Part shown: positions 12,721-25,380 of the stretch, one piece after another
Numbering within the stretch: position 1 is the first letter of the stretch
How the letters are laid out: every line of letters starts with the position of its first letter
Assembly (NCBI RefSeq): GCF_006345805.1
Contig: NC_043022.1
Coordinates: 9,424,001-9,488,000, forward strand
DNA from: Octopus sinensis
Lineage: Eukaryota
Direction: 5' to 3'
DNA: 64,000 bases
The notes under the pieces: generated by a model
Databases searched by the model: none
Seen by the model: the letters and a program-made list of their open reading frames with translations, nothing else
What the model was told of the DNA's origin: nothing
Made by a program: the position numbers and the translations under genes

Positions 12721-13106
12721 CTGATTTAAAATCTGAAAAATAAGATGGGATGGTCACCTTTGACCATTAGTTGATGCAATCTAGGTTGAACTGACACTAA
12801 ACAACAACGATAACTACTATAAACACAATCTGAGTTTTTGAATTCATTTTCAAATACTCTTCTGCACTCTGAGTGTGCGTGTAAGACAAAGTGGGCGTGT
12901 CTGACATATATATAGAAATTAGGTCAATATATTTCAAAATCTTGTACTATAATAATACTCTTGGGTTTTTTTTCTCCGTCATAACATATGAATGAGAAAC
13001 GAAGGACTGACTGATGAATAAGGGAGAAGGGGGTGATGGCAAAGTTATAGTGTGTTGTGTGAGTATATGTGTGTGTATGTAAAAGGGAGGTATGTGCATA
13101 TTTGTT

Positions 13107-13154
<48 letters not shown>

Positions 13155-13245
13155 GTGTGTGTGTGTGTGCGTGCGTGTGTGTGTGCACGTGCGTGCGTGT
13201 CTTGGAAGTGGCGGTGGTGAACATTCAACGCTGAAAAGAAAAACA

Positions 13246-13789
13246 GGATCTTTTCGGTTTGACCGGCAGTTTTTTAACATAATTTCTAGGTAACTAAAAA
13301 ATTTTAAACTTCGTATACTGGTAGAATGTGTTTATAAAACATCTTTTTCTCTTGGCTTTATTGAGAAAATTCTATAGTTTGTAAGATATTTGTTGTTTTT
13401 TTTCTTCAATTTCTGCAATTTCAACCAATCAGTGACCGTCTATTGAGGTGAAAACATTCTGTGCCGTATAAATATGTCCCCCGTTTAAGAAACAGATTGG
13501 GTTTATCTACATTTCTGAAGAAAAAAAGATACCCTTCCCCCCACCCTAACCCTAAATCTAAAATAGATTGAAATGCAACAGATCGATACTAGGGTCATAA
13601 TAATTAACTCAATAGACGCCAGTGATTGGTTGAAATTGCAGAAATTGAAGAAATTAAAGACCAGAATTTCCTCAAGAAAGCCAAGAGAAAAATATGTTTT
13701 ATAAACACATTCTACCAGTATACGAAGTTTAACATTTTTTAGTTACTTAGAAATTATGTTAAAAACTGCCGTTCAAACCGAAAAGATCT
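13246..13789. mobile_element. MITE family D, rearranged copy with two right ends
   Basis: A reverse copy (13246 to ~13603) is fused to a forward right-end segment (~13608-13789). Flanks are GAAAAACA and GAAAAATC. Confidence 0.8.
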
Positions 13790-14074
13790 GAAAAATCAAA
13801 CAGCCTTTCAACAATGTGTGAGTATATGTGTGTGCGTGTGTGCGTGTACAAGGGAAGTATGTGAATGTTTGTATGTGTGAACCAGAGTTCTTTCAGTAAC
13901 AAACGATGATCGATGTCACGTCTCAAAAGACAACCACTAGATAACATTGACAAGTGTATCAATTTGATTTACTATCCATATTAATATATAAAATACTACA
14001 ACTTAGCTGTCATTTTTGACGGTACGGGGTCAGCTAGTATATAAAGAAAAGACAAATATTTTATTTTGTTTCGT

Positions 14075-14450
14075 CATTACCTCCGACAAGGAAGGAGGTT
14101 GTTTTCATCGGCGTTGGTATGTCCGTCTGTGTGCAAAATAACTCAAAAAGCTATGAACGGTATTTGATGAAACTGGCAGGAAAAGTTGGTAATGACACAA
14201 GGAACAGATGATGAAATTTTGGTAGTGATTCGGGAATTTTTATGGATTCTTGAAGGATTTTTCATTTGTTATATTTACTTTATATGAAGTATTAGTTACG
14301 TTCTTTGATTATCTCCCTTGAAAACACGTTCATCGTTTCCACATAACTTATGGTGGCGTTGCTGTTTCCAAAGTTTATTTTCATTTCTCTATTAGTAATT
14401 TTACTCGCGTATCTATCTTAAAATGAGCTGCCTGGTGGAGGTCTGCGGAG
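14075..14450 (+). mobile_element. Helentron-associated non-autonomous element (HINE/DINE-1-like)
   Basis: Starts TTACCTCCGACAAGGAAGGAGG and ends ...CCTGGTGGAGGTCTGCG, with sub-terminal inverted CCTCCG/GGAGG motifs typical of the class. Confidence 0.6.
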
Positions 14451-15528
14451 GATGACATGACAAGCCTTGACTATTGGGATCGACTCAAAAAAGTTCAGGC
14501 GGTACCCCAGCATGGCCGCAGTCAAATGACTGAAACAAGCAAAAGACTAAAAGAATATATACGATGGGTTTCTTTCAGTTTCCATTTATCAAATCCACTC
14601 ACAAGGCCTTGGCCAGCCCCGGCGAGCTATAGAAGAAGACACTTCTTCAAGGTACAGGGTGCTGCAGAAATACCTCCCACATATTAAACTTTCACTTATG
14701 TGTCGCTAATGAACTTATGCACATGCCAATGATGTTCTTTTTTTTTTTCCTTTAGCTAATGAACAAAAACTGTAACCCTTTGTTTAAACAACAGTAAAAT
14801 TAATTTTTCATAAATATTGTTTCTTTTTCCTTTTTTCAACCTTTCAAATGTGGAAGGTATTTCTGCCGCACCCTGTACAACTGAACCCGGAATCATAAAG
14901 GCACGTTCTGAATAGCTGAATATTTTAATAACTATGAAACCGATAAATAGGTTGTATTTCTCTAAATCTCATTGCCTATTGAAATGTCTTGACCTTGCAA
15001 TAAAACACTTAGATTTAGTATTTATAAAAACATCTGAAAGAATTAACTGAAGTATCGGTATTTATTTAACCATTCGGCAAACTAGTCAGATAAGAAACCA
15101 ACAATATGGCTAACCGGATTCAGTCGCTGGAATGTTGTCGGTTCATGAGAACTTTTGTTTAACTAATCTGATTTAGCTTCTTCAGATATCTATCTATCTA
15201 TCTATCTATCTACTTGTCTATCTATGTATTTGCATGTATGTATGTACGTGTGTGTGTGTGAGAGAGTGTGTGTGTGTGTGTGAGAGAGTGTGTGTGTTTG
15301 TATGTATGTGTGCAAATCAAAACTTGAAAAAAACCCGAAAAAACAACAAAATTCAAATAAAAGTTCGCGGGTCTGAATTACAGGAAATTGAGAAAATCTA
15401 AGAATTCCGTAGTTTACTACATGAGCAATAAAGTTTCTTCGGTTCTTTCCATGTTATTTGAATTAACATGAAAACTATTTTATCGTAGTCATTTATGAGC
15501 TTGTTTTTTGTTGTTGTTTTCTTTTGTA

Positions 15529-16093
15529 TTGGGTTGTCTGATAAGTTCGTGCCGATTTTTAAAGGAAAGAAAAAGGTCAATAAATACTTGCCATTACATT
15601 TTTTAATCAACCAAATATGAACCATTTTGTTGCACAATGCGTCTCCATCTTTCCTTTAACTTGAAAATACCCTCTTCCCAGATTTGAGGTGGTTTCATGG
15701 CAAAGAATTCATCAAGGTATCTTTTTACGTCATCCAAGGAATTGAAATTTTTACCATTAAGACTATTCTGCAGACACCTGAATAAGTGGAAATCCGAAGG
15801 AGCAATATCTGGTGAATATGGAAGGTGGGGTAACACATCCCAGCTGAGCTGCAGCAATTTTTGTCTGGTTCCCAAAACGTCAAGTGCCAAAAATGAACAT
15901 TCTTATCTTCCATTTTAAAGGGTTACATAATTAACACAGGTTATAGGAACAGAAACCTTCTTCCACGAAAATGTAGCTTAAACTGTACTCTAAATGGAGG
16001 TACAGTCAAATCCTATTTTATGGACTCAACCATGTTCTAAAACAAGTCGAAAGGTAAGCTTATAAATCGGCACGAACTTTCCGGACAACCCAG
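15529..16093 (-). mobile_element. Internally deleted mariner (DD34D) element
   Basis: TIRs TTGGGTTGTCTGATAAGTTCGTGCCGATTT and AAATCGGCACGAACTTTCCGGACAACCCAG, TA on both sides. Encodes HLPYSPDIAPSDFHLFRCLQNSLNGKNF. Confidence 0.85.
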
Positions 16094-16177
16094 TAGTTCT
16101 ATTTTCCCTCTACAACTTTTGTTTATCATTTTCAAAATTTGATTAAATCTTACCTCCTTTTCAGACATGTGACGATA

Positions 16178-16515
16178 GAATGTCAAATAGAAAAGAATGA
16201 GCAGTTTCGACACCCGCATCTCTTTGGGTTCAAATCAAGGTTCCGAAACTGCCAAAGCTGCTCGTGACATTTGCATTGTGCACGGAGAAGGCATCATTAC
16301 TGAAAGAACTGCACAGAAATGGTTTCCACGCTTCAAGAAAGGGAAATTCGATCTCACATATTCCTTGTTCCAGACGACCTGTTCAGTCTGAGGAAGATCG
16401 ACTGAACGAGCTTATTATTCATGAGGATCTGCACCAATCCACTAAAAAATTGGTCCGGCAGAAGGGTTGCTTTTTGATACTGTCGCTCGTCACCTTCACC
16501 AAATGGGTAAGGTCC
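16178..16515 (+). mobile_element. Mariner transposase N-terminal (HTH) remnant
   Basis: Frameshifted MECQIEKNEQFRH...AKAARDICIVHGEGIITERTAQKWFPRFKKGKFDL. Confidence 0.75.
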
Positions 16516-16630
16516 ATATGACCCTACCGACGACATGGCGTGCTTCAACACAACAATGCTTGTCACCTATCGCAGGTGTTTGTGTGCGTGCAGGTGTGTT
16601 TGCGAATTTATATATACAGTATATATACAA

Positions 16631-16861
16631 GGCGGTGAGCTGGCAGAAACGTTAGCACGCCGGGAGAAATTCGTAGCCGTATTTCGTCTGCCGCTACGTT
16701 GTGAGTTCAAATTCCGCCGAGGTCGACTTTACTTTTCATCCTTTCGGGATCGATAAATTAAGTAACAATTACGCACTGGGGTCGATATAATCGACTTAAT
16801 CCCTTTGTCTGTCCTTGTTTGTCCCTTCTGTGTTTAGCCCTTTGTGGGTAGTAAAGAAATA
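16631..16861 (+). mobile_element. tRNA-derived SINE family B, monomer
   Basis: Head GGCGGTGAGCTGGCAGAAACGTTAGC, B-box GAGTTCAAATTCC, central GCC/CTTTTCATCCTTTCGGG-TCGATAAATTAAGTA (resembles the Meta-SINE domain, from memory), tail ...GGGTAGTAAAGAAATA. Confidence 0.85.
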
Positions 16862-16867
16862 TATATA

Positions 16868-17787
16868 CAGTATCAGACCCCTTGTCCGGAATGTCCACAA
16901 ATCCGGAAATACTGTGCAATATACTGTCCTCTCAAAACACCCTGGTTTCTTGAGGTCGGCTAATTTGCATAGTGTGTTAAAAATACTTTGGCACGTCACT
17001 TTTTTAACTGAATAAATATTTAAACAATTGAAGCGTGGAAGGTGTTTGTAAGCCATTTAAGAAACACACAAAAACCATTAGATTCACTTCAACATTTAAA
17101 TTTAATTTGTCAAAATATTTTCGTCGCTTTGAGACCGCGACCTGCTCACTGACAAAATTCCATGTTGCATCAGTATATATATATATATATATATATATAA
17201 GTACTGGGCTTACAAAGAATAAGTCCCGGGGTCGATTTGCTCGACTAAAGGCGGTGCTCCAGCATGGCCGCAGTCAAATGACTGAAACAAGTAAAAGAGT
17301 AAAAAGTATATATATATACATATATACATATATGATAATTGAAGCGTGGAAGGTGTTTATAAGCCATTTAAGAAACACACAAAAACCGTTAGATTCACTT
17401 CAACATTTAAATTTAATTTGTCAAAATATTTTCGTCGCTTTGAGACCGCGACCTGTTCACTGACAAAATTCCGTGCTGCATCTCTTTTAAATATACTTTG
17501 CTTTAGACGTGTATTCATTTGTATCTGTATCTGTTAAATAAAACCAGCTTCTCTGCTTTTTTCTTTGAATTTTCATCCTATAAATACTATACACTGTATA
17601 TATGGCAGAGTATGATATAGTTGAAGAATTTTAAGTGGATTAATAAATATCAAACATACCCTACTTTAGAAGTGTATCAATTTGAATCTGTTAAATACAA
17701 TTTAGTTATTTCCAGAAAACCGGAAATCCAGAAATCTGGGACACTTCCGATGCAAAGTTTGCCAAATAATTTATCTACATCGTACTG
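16868..17787. mobile_element. Possible pogo/Tigger-like element with nested insertions
   Basis: TA|CAGTA...TACTG|TA ends with degenerate TIRs. Related pieces occur at ~56250-56550 and 58165-58385. Confidence 0.4.
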
Positions 17788-18346
17788 TAGTAAGCTAATT
17801 TTTGTCACACACAAGTGTTCTTTTATTCATATCTGGAAGTTTTACTTACTGAAATGTGTAATAGACCGAAATAAATTTAATTTGTTGTACTTTTAAAGAT
17901 GTTCTCAAAGATAACGTGAAATATTGAACTTCAGATAGAATTAAGTAAAGTATAGCTACGAATAAAAGGGGCGTAGATACGAATTTTGATTGAAGGGATG
18001 GGGCCTCGAAACAAAAAGTTGCAAGAGCCTCTAAAGGTCATGCGACTGGGCTGACGACGGACATGGAAGACTCTACGAGGAGCTTGCTCTCCGCTGGAAT
18101 AGCTTTTAGAGCCATTGAGGCACACAAACCTCCATACCACAAGAAAAAGAATCGGGCTTTTTGGTGACTGGCTTTAAATTAAACGTTATCTGTCACTGCA
18201 TTGAATAAAGTAATATTAGAAGAGTGGGACAAAATGATAAGAACGTTATGTCTGGAATACTATTGATCATAAACAAATAGGTCTGCTTATCATCCACTTC
18301 ATCAACAATGATATTAAAAAAAAGTCTACCGTCACACCATTGAAAA

Positions 18347-18710
18347 CGTCATCGTCGTCGTCGTCGTGATTAACATCATCATCATCATATTCATCATCAT
18401 CATCATCATCATCATCAGCATCAGCAGCAGCCGCAGCAACAACAACAAAAGCAATTATTATCACAATCGTCGTTTTATCGTTCTCGTCGTCTTCTTCATC
18501 ATCGTCGTGCCGTCGTCGTCGTCGTCATCAACAACAACAAAAACAACCACTGACATCATCATCATCATCAAAAGCAACAACAAAGGCAATCATCTACACC
18601 ATCCTTATCATCACCATCGTCGTCGTCATCATCATCATCATCAACACTCAATATAATGACCATCGACAGCAACAATAGCAAAAACACTCACCACCACCAC
18701 CACCACCAGC
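18347..18710. repeat. (CAT)/(CGT)/(CAA) trinucleotide tract
   Basis: Directly visible. Confidence 0.9.
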
Positions 18711-19339
18711 TGTTGCAACTGCAGCTCATTCTTCTTCTTATTGTAAACGCCAGTCTAATCTTGATGGCCCATAAGCAAATGATTTACTGTCAATTCGTCT
18801 CAATTTCTCTCTAACCGCAAACTCTTGTTTGACAAATGGATAAAGACATTTTCTAAAACAAAACAAAACGAAACAAAACAAAACAAAACAAAACAAACAA
18901 CATAAATCGCTATTAAATGACAGCAATTCCCCACTTCCACCGTCACCGCCACAATTTGTTTTGCATAAGCTGACCCACGCAATCTTCTCGGCTCCGACTT
19001 CACTTCCCCCCCCCCACCTAAGTTTGGTTAACGATAAACATGAACATTCTGACAGTATTAACAGCGGACTGACAGGTACAAAAGCCTATATATATATATA
19101 TGTGTGTGTATGTGTGTCTGTGTGTGTGTATGTGTGTATTTTTGTGTGTGTTTTTGTGTGTGTCTGTGTTTGTCCCCTCGCCATCACTTGACAACCGATG
19201 CTAGTGTGTTTATATACCCCGTAACTTAGCAGTTCAGCAAAGAGACCGACAGAATAAGTACTAGGCTTACAAAGAATAAGTCCTGGGTGTCGATTTCTTC
19301 GACTAAAACCATGTATGTATGTCGATCACTGGGAGTGGA

Positions 19340-19480
19340 TGGTACCTACGTAATGAAGCGGTAAGGGCCGATCTCAGGCTGTTGGGCCATGACAATGGAC
19401 CAAGATGTCTGGCGATATGAGGTTCGTGAGAAGACTCGCCCAAGTCAGCAAAACTGAGTTCTAGAAGCGCTGTGTGTCCC
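19340..19480 (+). mobile_element. RTE-clade LINE 3' coding fragment
   Basis: Encodes ...VRADLRLLG / MTMDQDVWRYEVREKTR, like the RTE ORF2 C-terminus. Confidence 0.5.
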
Positions 19481-19933
19481 ACCCACACATAACAAGAAAA
19501 CTTCTCACACACCCTACCCCAACAAACCAGTATAGATCTCTACATCTTTTCCTCACATTTCCTCCTTCATGCAATATGCCTACCTCTCACTCCCCAATCC
19601 TGTCCTCACGACCCTGTTTTTTTAATCATTGCTATCCGGCAGCCCCCACCTCTATATATCCAGGTTTTCACCACTCACTTTCCCTCTTACTCACTAATCA
19701 CGCTTCTTCAGCAATATCTTGCCACTTGCCACCATCTATATCTCTCTCTGCCTCTACTCGACCATCCCATTTATATTCTGATCTCCTTCCTCTGTGAGTG
19801 TGCCCGGCACTATGCTTCTATCTCTGCCCTGATGTCTCCCACTCTCTCTCTCTCCTTTCCATGCACTCCCCTCAGGTTGGTTAACCATGTATCTCCTTTG
19901 TGGCAGCACACATGTTTCTGCTCTCATTCCTGA

Positions 19934-19964
<31 letters not shown>

Positions 19965-20084
19965 TTCTCTGGCGGGTAACCTTGTACCTCCTCTACAGCA
20001 AGACACCTGTCTTACTATAACCTTTTCTCATCTGACACAAGATCACCTCCTCCAATGGCGCCTCCCCTCTTAAAGGATTTTTAT

Positions 20085-20397
20085 CTTGCAAGTTACTTGG
20101 TGACCCTGCCAATGTTGGTGCCACATAAAAAGCACCCAGTCCATCCAGTAAAGTGGTTGGCATTTGGAAGGGCATCCAGCTGTAAAAACCTTGCCAAAAC
20201 TGATCTCGCCTGTACTTGTGCCAAGTAAAAGTCCACTCTGTTGGATGGTTGGTATTAGGAAGGGCATCCAGCTACCAAAATCCTGTCAAAACAGTCACAA
20301 AAGTCTGGTGCAGCCTTCTGTCTGGCCAGCTCCTGTCAAACCGTCCTACCCATGCCAGTGTGGAAGGCAGACGTTAAATAATGATGATGATGATGAT
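20085..20397 (+). mobile_element. Retroposon family G, 3' part with (GAT)n tail
   Basis: GGTTGG(C/T)ATTAGGAAGGGCATCCAGCT...GACGTTAAA..GATGATGAT. Also present at 39838-40380 (-), 42395-42720 (+) and 62465-62690 (-). Confidence 0.7.
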
Positions 20398-20832
20398 ATA
20401 CTGTTCCGATTCACAGGAACAACAAAATATGTATTACATCCAGTAAGAGATAAATACTATTCAGGATTCAAATGCGAGCTACTCAAAGTTTCATACCTCT
20501 GAAAATATAAATGTCAGACAAGTTTGTGAGTGTATATAACTAATATATATACACTAGACTTACTACCCAGCCTTGCGCGGTAAAGTATTCACGGAATTGT
20601 TTGTCAGTTTGTAGAATGGGAATTCACGGTACTTATGCCTGTATATATATACATATCTAACCTAACTTCTGGACTTATTTAATTGGAGCTGTCCAAACAA
20701 TAGAAATCAATTTACATAAGTGGAAGCTTCTTAACAGTTTTTATCCTGAAAATCACCTGTTACTTTTGTTTTAAAGTGAAAGAAGGGAGAAAGCGGAAGA
20801 TGTATAAATATGTATATGAAATGGACGTGTGT

Positions 20833-20879
<47 letters not shown>

Positions 20880-21729
20880 CCACTTACACATACATGAGAA
20901 CACAAACATTTGCTCACACACACATACACACTCTCTCTCACACACACACACACACATGTACACGTACATACAAAAAGGATGTACTCACATGTATGACAAC
21001 ACATCGCTTCACTCTCACTTTCTCTCTCACTTCCTTTCTTTCTTCCTCTCTCTCTCTTCCCCTCTTCCTCTCTCTCTCTCTCTCTTTCTCTCTTTCACAC
21101 ACACACACGTCCATACATTTTTCACTTTCTCCTCTCTACCACTTCAAAAAAAAGTAAATAAATACCAAATTTTACGGAAATTTACGAACTCTGGATGATG
21201 AAATCACATTCAGTTAAAGACTTTTTTAAATGATTAAAATATTGTGTACGTCAAAAAGTCAATGGTTTCTTTTTTTCTTAGAGAGCGAGAAGACAATGTG
21301 TGTGTATATGTCACTGATAGCAAACGTGTGTTCGTGTTGATTGAGACGCCATGATATTCATTATGTGTGTGTGTGTATTCTGTATGTGTGTATGTGTGTC
21401 GACTTCATGGAAGCCATGTATTTTTTTCATCAAGAAATAGCAAAAACTGTGCTAAATCATTTAAATAAAGGTCCAAATGTCACAAAAATTTGTACTGCAC
21501 TGCCAAAAGTAAGTATGAAAATAAATCCTTTAAAAAAAGAAAAAGATAAAATATACTATTTCTGAGATATTTCAGTTACACTTAAACGTCCTGAGAGTTT
21601 AAGGATTACCAAGATATATATATATACATATATACATACATACATACATATATATATATATTATATATATATATAATATATATATATATTATATATATAT
21701 ATATGTATATAAAACCATATGTGAATCAT

Positions 21730-21880
21730 TGGCGATTTTTCTCTCCGTCCTGAAAAGGAGCTTTGCTCGAAACGTTAAACCATCTTTCTTTCCTTCCCTG
21801 AGCGTCTGCTAATACTATACATGTACCACGTCCTCGCGTTGTATATTTTGTGTTTGTTCTTCCTGTTTTTGGGGGGTGCC
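21730..21880 (+). mobile_element. Penelope-like LTR fragment with decayed hammerhead-like motif
   Basis: CTGAAAA G GAGC TTT GCTC GAAACGTT at 21750-21776. The core G of CUGANGA is missing and no stem I is evident. Confidence 0.4.
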
Positions 21881-21893
21881 GGGGTGATTTACT

Positions 21894-22020
<127 letters not shown>

Positions 22021-22434
22021 CGCTTGCTTGGTACATAAAAGCACATGCATAGATCATAGCAGACGAGAATTGTCTGTCATGGGCGCCTGAACTCCCACAT
22101 CACTTTCATGTCACGTGATTTCATTTTATTAGAAATCATCAGGGGGGGGGGCATTTAGTCTCTGCATTTAGACCTCCTTGCCATGATATATAAAATATCA
22201 GCATGTATATACATATATATACACAGACATCTAAAGAGTAAAGAGACGTCACCATTTTTGAAAGATGTCTGTATAAATATGGGTGTATAAATATAACTTG
22301 TGTGTGTGTGTGTGTGTCTGTGTGTATGTCTATGTGTAACTTTGTGTTTGCTCGTCTCCCACTGCTTGACTAACAGTGTTGGTTTGTTTATGTCTCTGCA
22401 ACTTAGCAAAACTGAGACAAGCAGAGTAAATACC

Positions 22435-23200
22435 TATTTCTTTACTACCCACAAGGGGATGAAAGGCAAAGTCGACCTCGGCGGAATTTGAACTCAGAAC
22501 GTAGCAGCAGACGAAATACCTATTTCTTTATTACCTACAAGGGGCTAAACACAGAAGGGGCAAACAAGGACAGACAAACGGATTATGTCGATTACATCGA
22601 CTCCAGTGTGTAACTGGTACTTACTTAGTCGACCCCGAAAGGATGAAAGGCAAAGTCAACCTCACCGGAATTTGAACTCAGAACGTAACGGCAGACGAAA
22701 TACCTATTTGGGATCTTTTCGCTTTGACCGGCTTGTTGACAACGCTCCGGAGAAATAGTTTTCACCTCAATATACGTCATTGATTGGTTGAAATTGCCGA
22801 AATGCAAGAAAATAAACAACAAATATCTTACAAACTACAGAATTTTCTCAAGAAAGCCAAGAGAAAAAGATGTTTTATAAAACCATTCTACCAGTATACG
22901 AAGTTTAAAATTTTCTTGTTACAAAGAAATTATTAAAAAAAATCTGCCGGTCAAAGCGAAAAGATCCCCTATTTCTTTACTACCCACAAGGGGCTAAACA
23001 CAGAGAGGACAAACAAGGACAGAGAAACGGATTAAGTCGATTACATCGACCCCAGTGCGTAACTGGTACTTAATTTATCGACCCCGAAAGGATGAAAGGC
23101 AAAGTCGACCTCGGCGGAATTTGAACTCAGAACGTAGCGGCAGACGAAATACGGCTATGCATTTCGCCCGGCGTGCTAACGATTCTGCCAGCTCGCCGCC
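22435..23200 (-). mobile_element. SINE family B multimer interrupted by a MITE D copy
   Basis: Head at 23200 with repeated bodies. 14-bp TSD GCAGAG(T/G)AAATACC at 22421-22434 and 23204-23217. Confidence 0.85.
22711..22967 (+). mobile_element. MITE family D, short variant (257 bp)
   Basis: Perfect 22-bp TIR GGATCTTTTCGCTTTGACCGGC. TSD CCTATTT(G/C). Confidence 0.9.
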
Positions 23201-23756
23201 TTTGCAGAGGAAATACCAGACATAAAAATAGGTCCTGGGGTCAAGTTGTTTAAGTAAACTTTTCAAAGTAGTCCTCCAGCACGGTCGCAGTCTAACATTT
23301 GAAACAAAATCAAACATAAAAGAGAAGAGTAAGAGAGAGAGAGACAGACAGGCAGGCAGGCAGACCAACAGCAGAAATAGATCGAGCGATAGGGTTGTTG
23401 TTTATCTGACAGCTCCAACATTATAGCTCGGAGTGATGGTCACGTGACAGAAGTATTGTTGCCAGCTGAACAAGAGCAATGAGCCATTGATCTCTTAAAC
23501 TGAAATTTGAGCCATAGGATCAAAAGGAGGAGTGTGTGTGTGTGTGTGTGTGAGCGGAGGGAGTAGGGGATTATGTATGGAACACTCTAATGGTTTCTGC
23601 TGTAATATAAATACAATAGAAAACAAATAAAAAAAAAGTACCAAGGTTACACAGAATAAGTCATGCGGTCGATTTGTTTGGCTAAAAGCTGTGCTCCAGT
23701 ATGGCCACAGTCAAATGACCGAAACAATTATAAGAATAAAAAGAAAGAAAAACTTA

Positions 23757-24194
23757 GGATCTTTTCGGTTTGACCGGCAGTTTTTTAAAATAATTTCCAT
23801 GTAACTAAACACTTTTAAACTTCGTATTCTGGTAGAATGTGTTTATAAAACATCTTTTTCTCTTTGGCTTTATTGAGAAAATTCTATAGTTTGTAGGATA
23901 TTTGTTGTTTATTTTCTTGCATTTCTGCAATTTCAACCAATCAATGACGTCTATTGAGGTGAAAACATTCTGTGCCGTATGAATATGTCCCTCGTTTAAG
24001 AAACAGATTGGGTTTATTTACATTTGTGAAGATAAAAAGATACCCTTCCCCCCACCCCTAACCCTAACTAACCCTAACTCTAACCCTAACCCTAAAACAG
24101 ATTGAAAAGCAATAGATCGATACTAGGGTCATAATTATGGGTGACAATTTCATGACACCGCTAGAAAAAACTGCCGTTCAAACCGAAAAGATCC
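23757..24194 (-). mobile_element. MITE family D
   Basis: TSD AAAACTTA at 23749-23756 and 24195-24202, with internal CCCTAA repeats. Confidence 0.9.
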
Positions 24195-24391
24195 AAAACT
24201 TATCTTATCAGTCTCTTTTGTTGAACCGCTAAGTTATGGGGAATGCAAACATATTATTTACTTAATAAAAAATTATTTTAGATAAAAATAAAAGATTTAA
24301 AAATTTATTGTTTTTGTTGGGAAGGTCATTTTAAAAATGTTTTCTTGCCAAATAAGCACACACACCATCCGTTTGTTCTTCACTCGTTTAT

Positions 24392-24790
24392 GGATCTTTT
24401 CGGTTTGAACGGCAGTTTTTTCTAGCGGTGTCATATGAAATTGTCACCCATAATTATGACCCTAGTATCGATCTATTGCATTTCAATCTATTTTAGGGTT
24501 AGGGTATCTTTTTTTTTCTTCACAAATGTAAATAAACCCAATCTGTTTCTTAAACGAGGGACATATTCATGCAGCACAGAATGTTTTTTACCACAATAGA
24601 CGTCATTGATTGGTTGAAATTGCAGAAATTGAAGAAAAAAACAACAAATATCTAACAAACTATAGAATTTTCTCAATAAAGCCAAGAGAAAAAGATGTTT
24701 TATAAACACATTCTACCAGTATATGAAGTTTAAAATTTTTTAGTTACCTAGAAATTACGTTAAAAACTGCCGGTCAAACCGAAAAGATCC
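24392..24790 (+). mobile_element. MITE family D
   Basis: Both TIRs present. Flanks TCGTTTAT and CCGTATAT (6/8 match). Confidence 0.9.
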
Positions 24791-25087
24791 CCGTATATTA
24801 CTGTTCTTATTCTAACTCATGTCCATTGTCGGGAATTCTTTCGTCACACATCTGTGACCTCGTCAGCGACACCGTCCGTCTTCGTGTGTGCTCTTGCTCT
24901 GCTTAGCCCTTTCAAAATTTATAAAATGCATCAAATCCGTGAATAGTTTCTGCGGGGGAGGGGGGTAACAAAAATGTAAAAACAAAAGAAATAAAATGTC
25001 GACTTTTACAGTTCTATATTTAAGAGATGAGGAATTATGTACATCCTTTGCGTTTTGACGGATTTTGCCCTCATCTTGTTTGTTGTT

Positions 25088-25133
25088 AACACAACTTTTC
25101 GGTTGATATACCCTCCAGCCTTCATCAGGTGTC
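25088..25133 (-). ncRNA. Minimal type I hammerhead ribozyme-like fold, partly decayed
   Basis: GACAC CUGAUGA A GGCUG [GAGGGUAUAU] CAACC GAA AAGU U GUGUU. Core is intact and stem I is GACAC:GUGUU. Stem II has one mismatch and the stem III palindrome is damaged. Confidence 0.65.
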
Positions 25134-25201
25134 CTGGGGGAAATTTCGAACCTGGGTTCTCATTCCTAAGGTATTTTTCGATGTTGTTGTTATTATTATT
25201 A

Positions 25202-25262
<61 letters not shown>

Positions 25263-25337
25263 TAATAATAATAATAATAACATCGAAAAATACCTTAGGA
25301 ATGAGAACCCGAGAACCCAGGTTCGAAATTTCCCCAA

Positions 25338-25380
25338 GACACCTGATGAAGGCTGGAGGGTATATCAACAGAGATGTGTT
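25338..25380 (+). ncRNA. Decayed hammerhead-like fold (right arm)
   Basis: GACAC CTGATGA A GGCTG GAGGGTATAT CAAC AGAGA TGTGTT; the GAAA half is lost. Confidence 0.45.

Noticed and set aside
18267-18656. Poly-Asp/His/Ile ORFs, also at 6007-6370 and 25826-26200
   Set aside because: Trinucleotide repeats open on both strands, with no splice or domain support.
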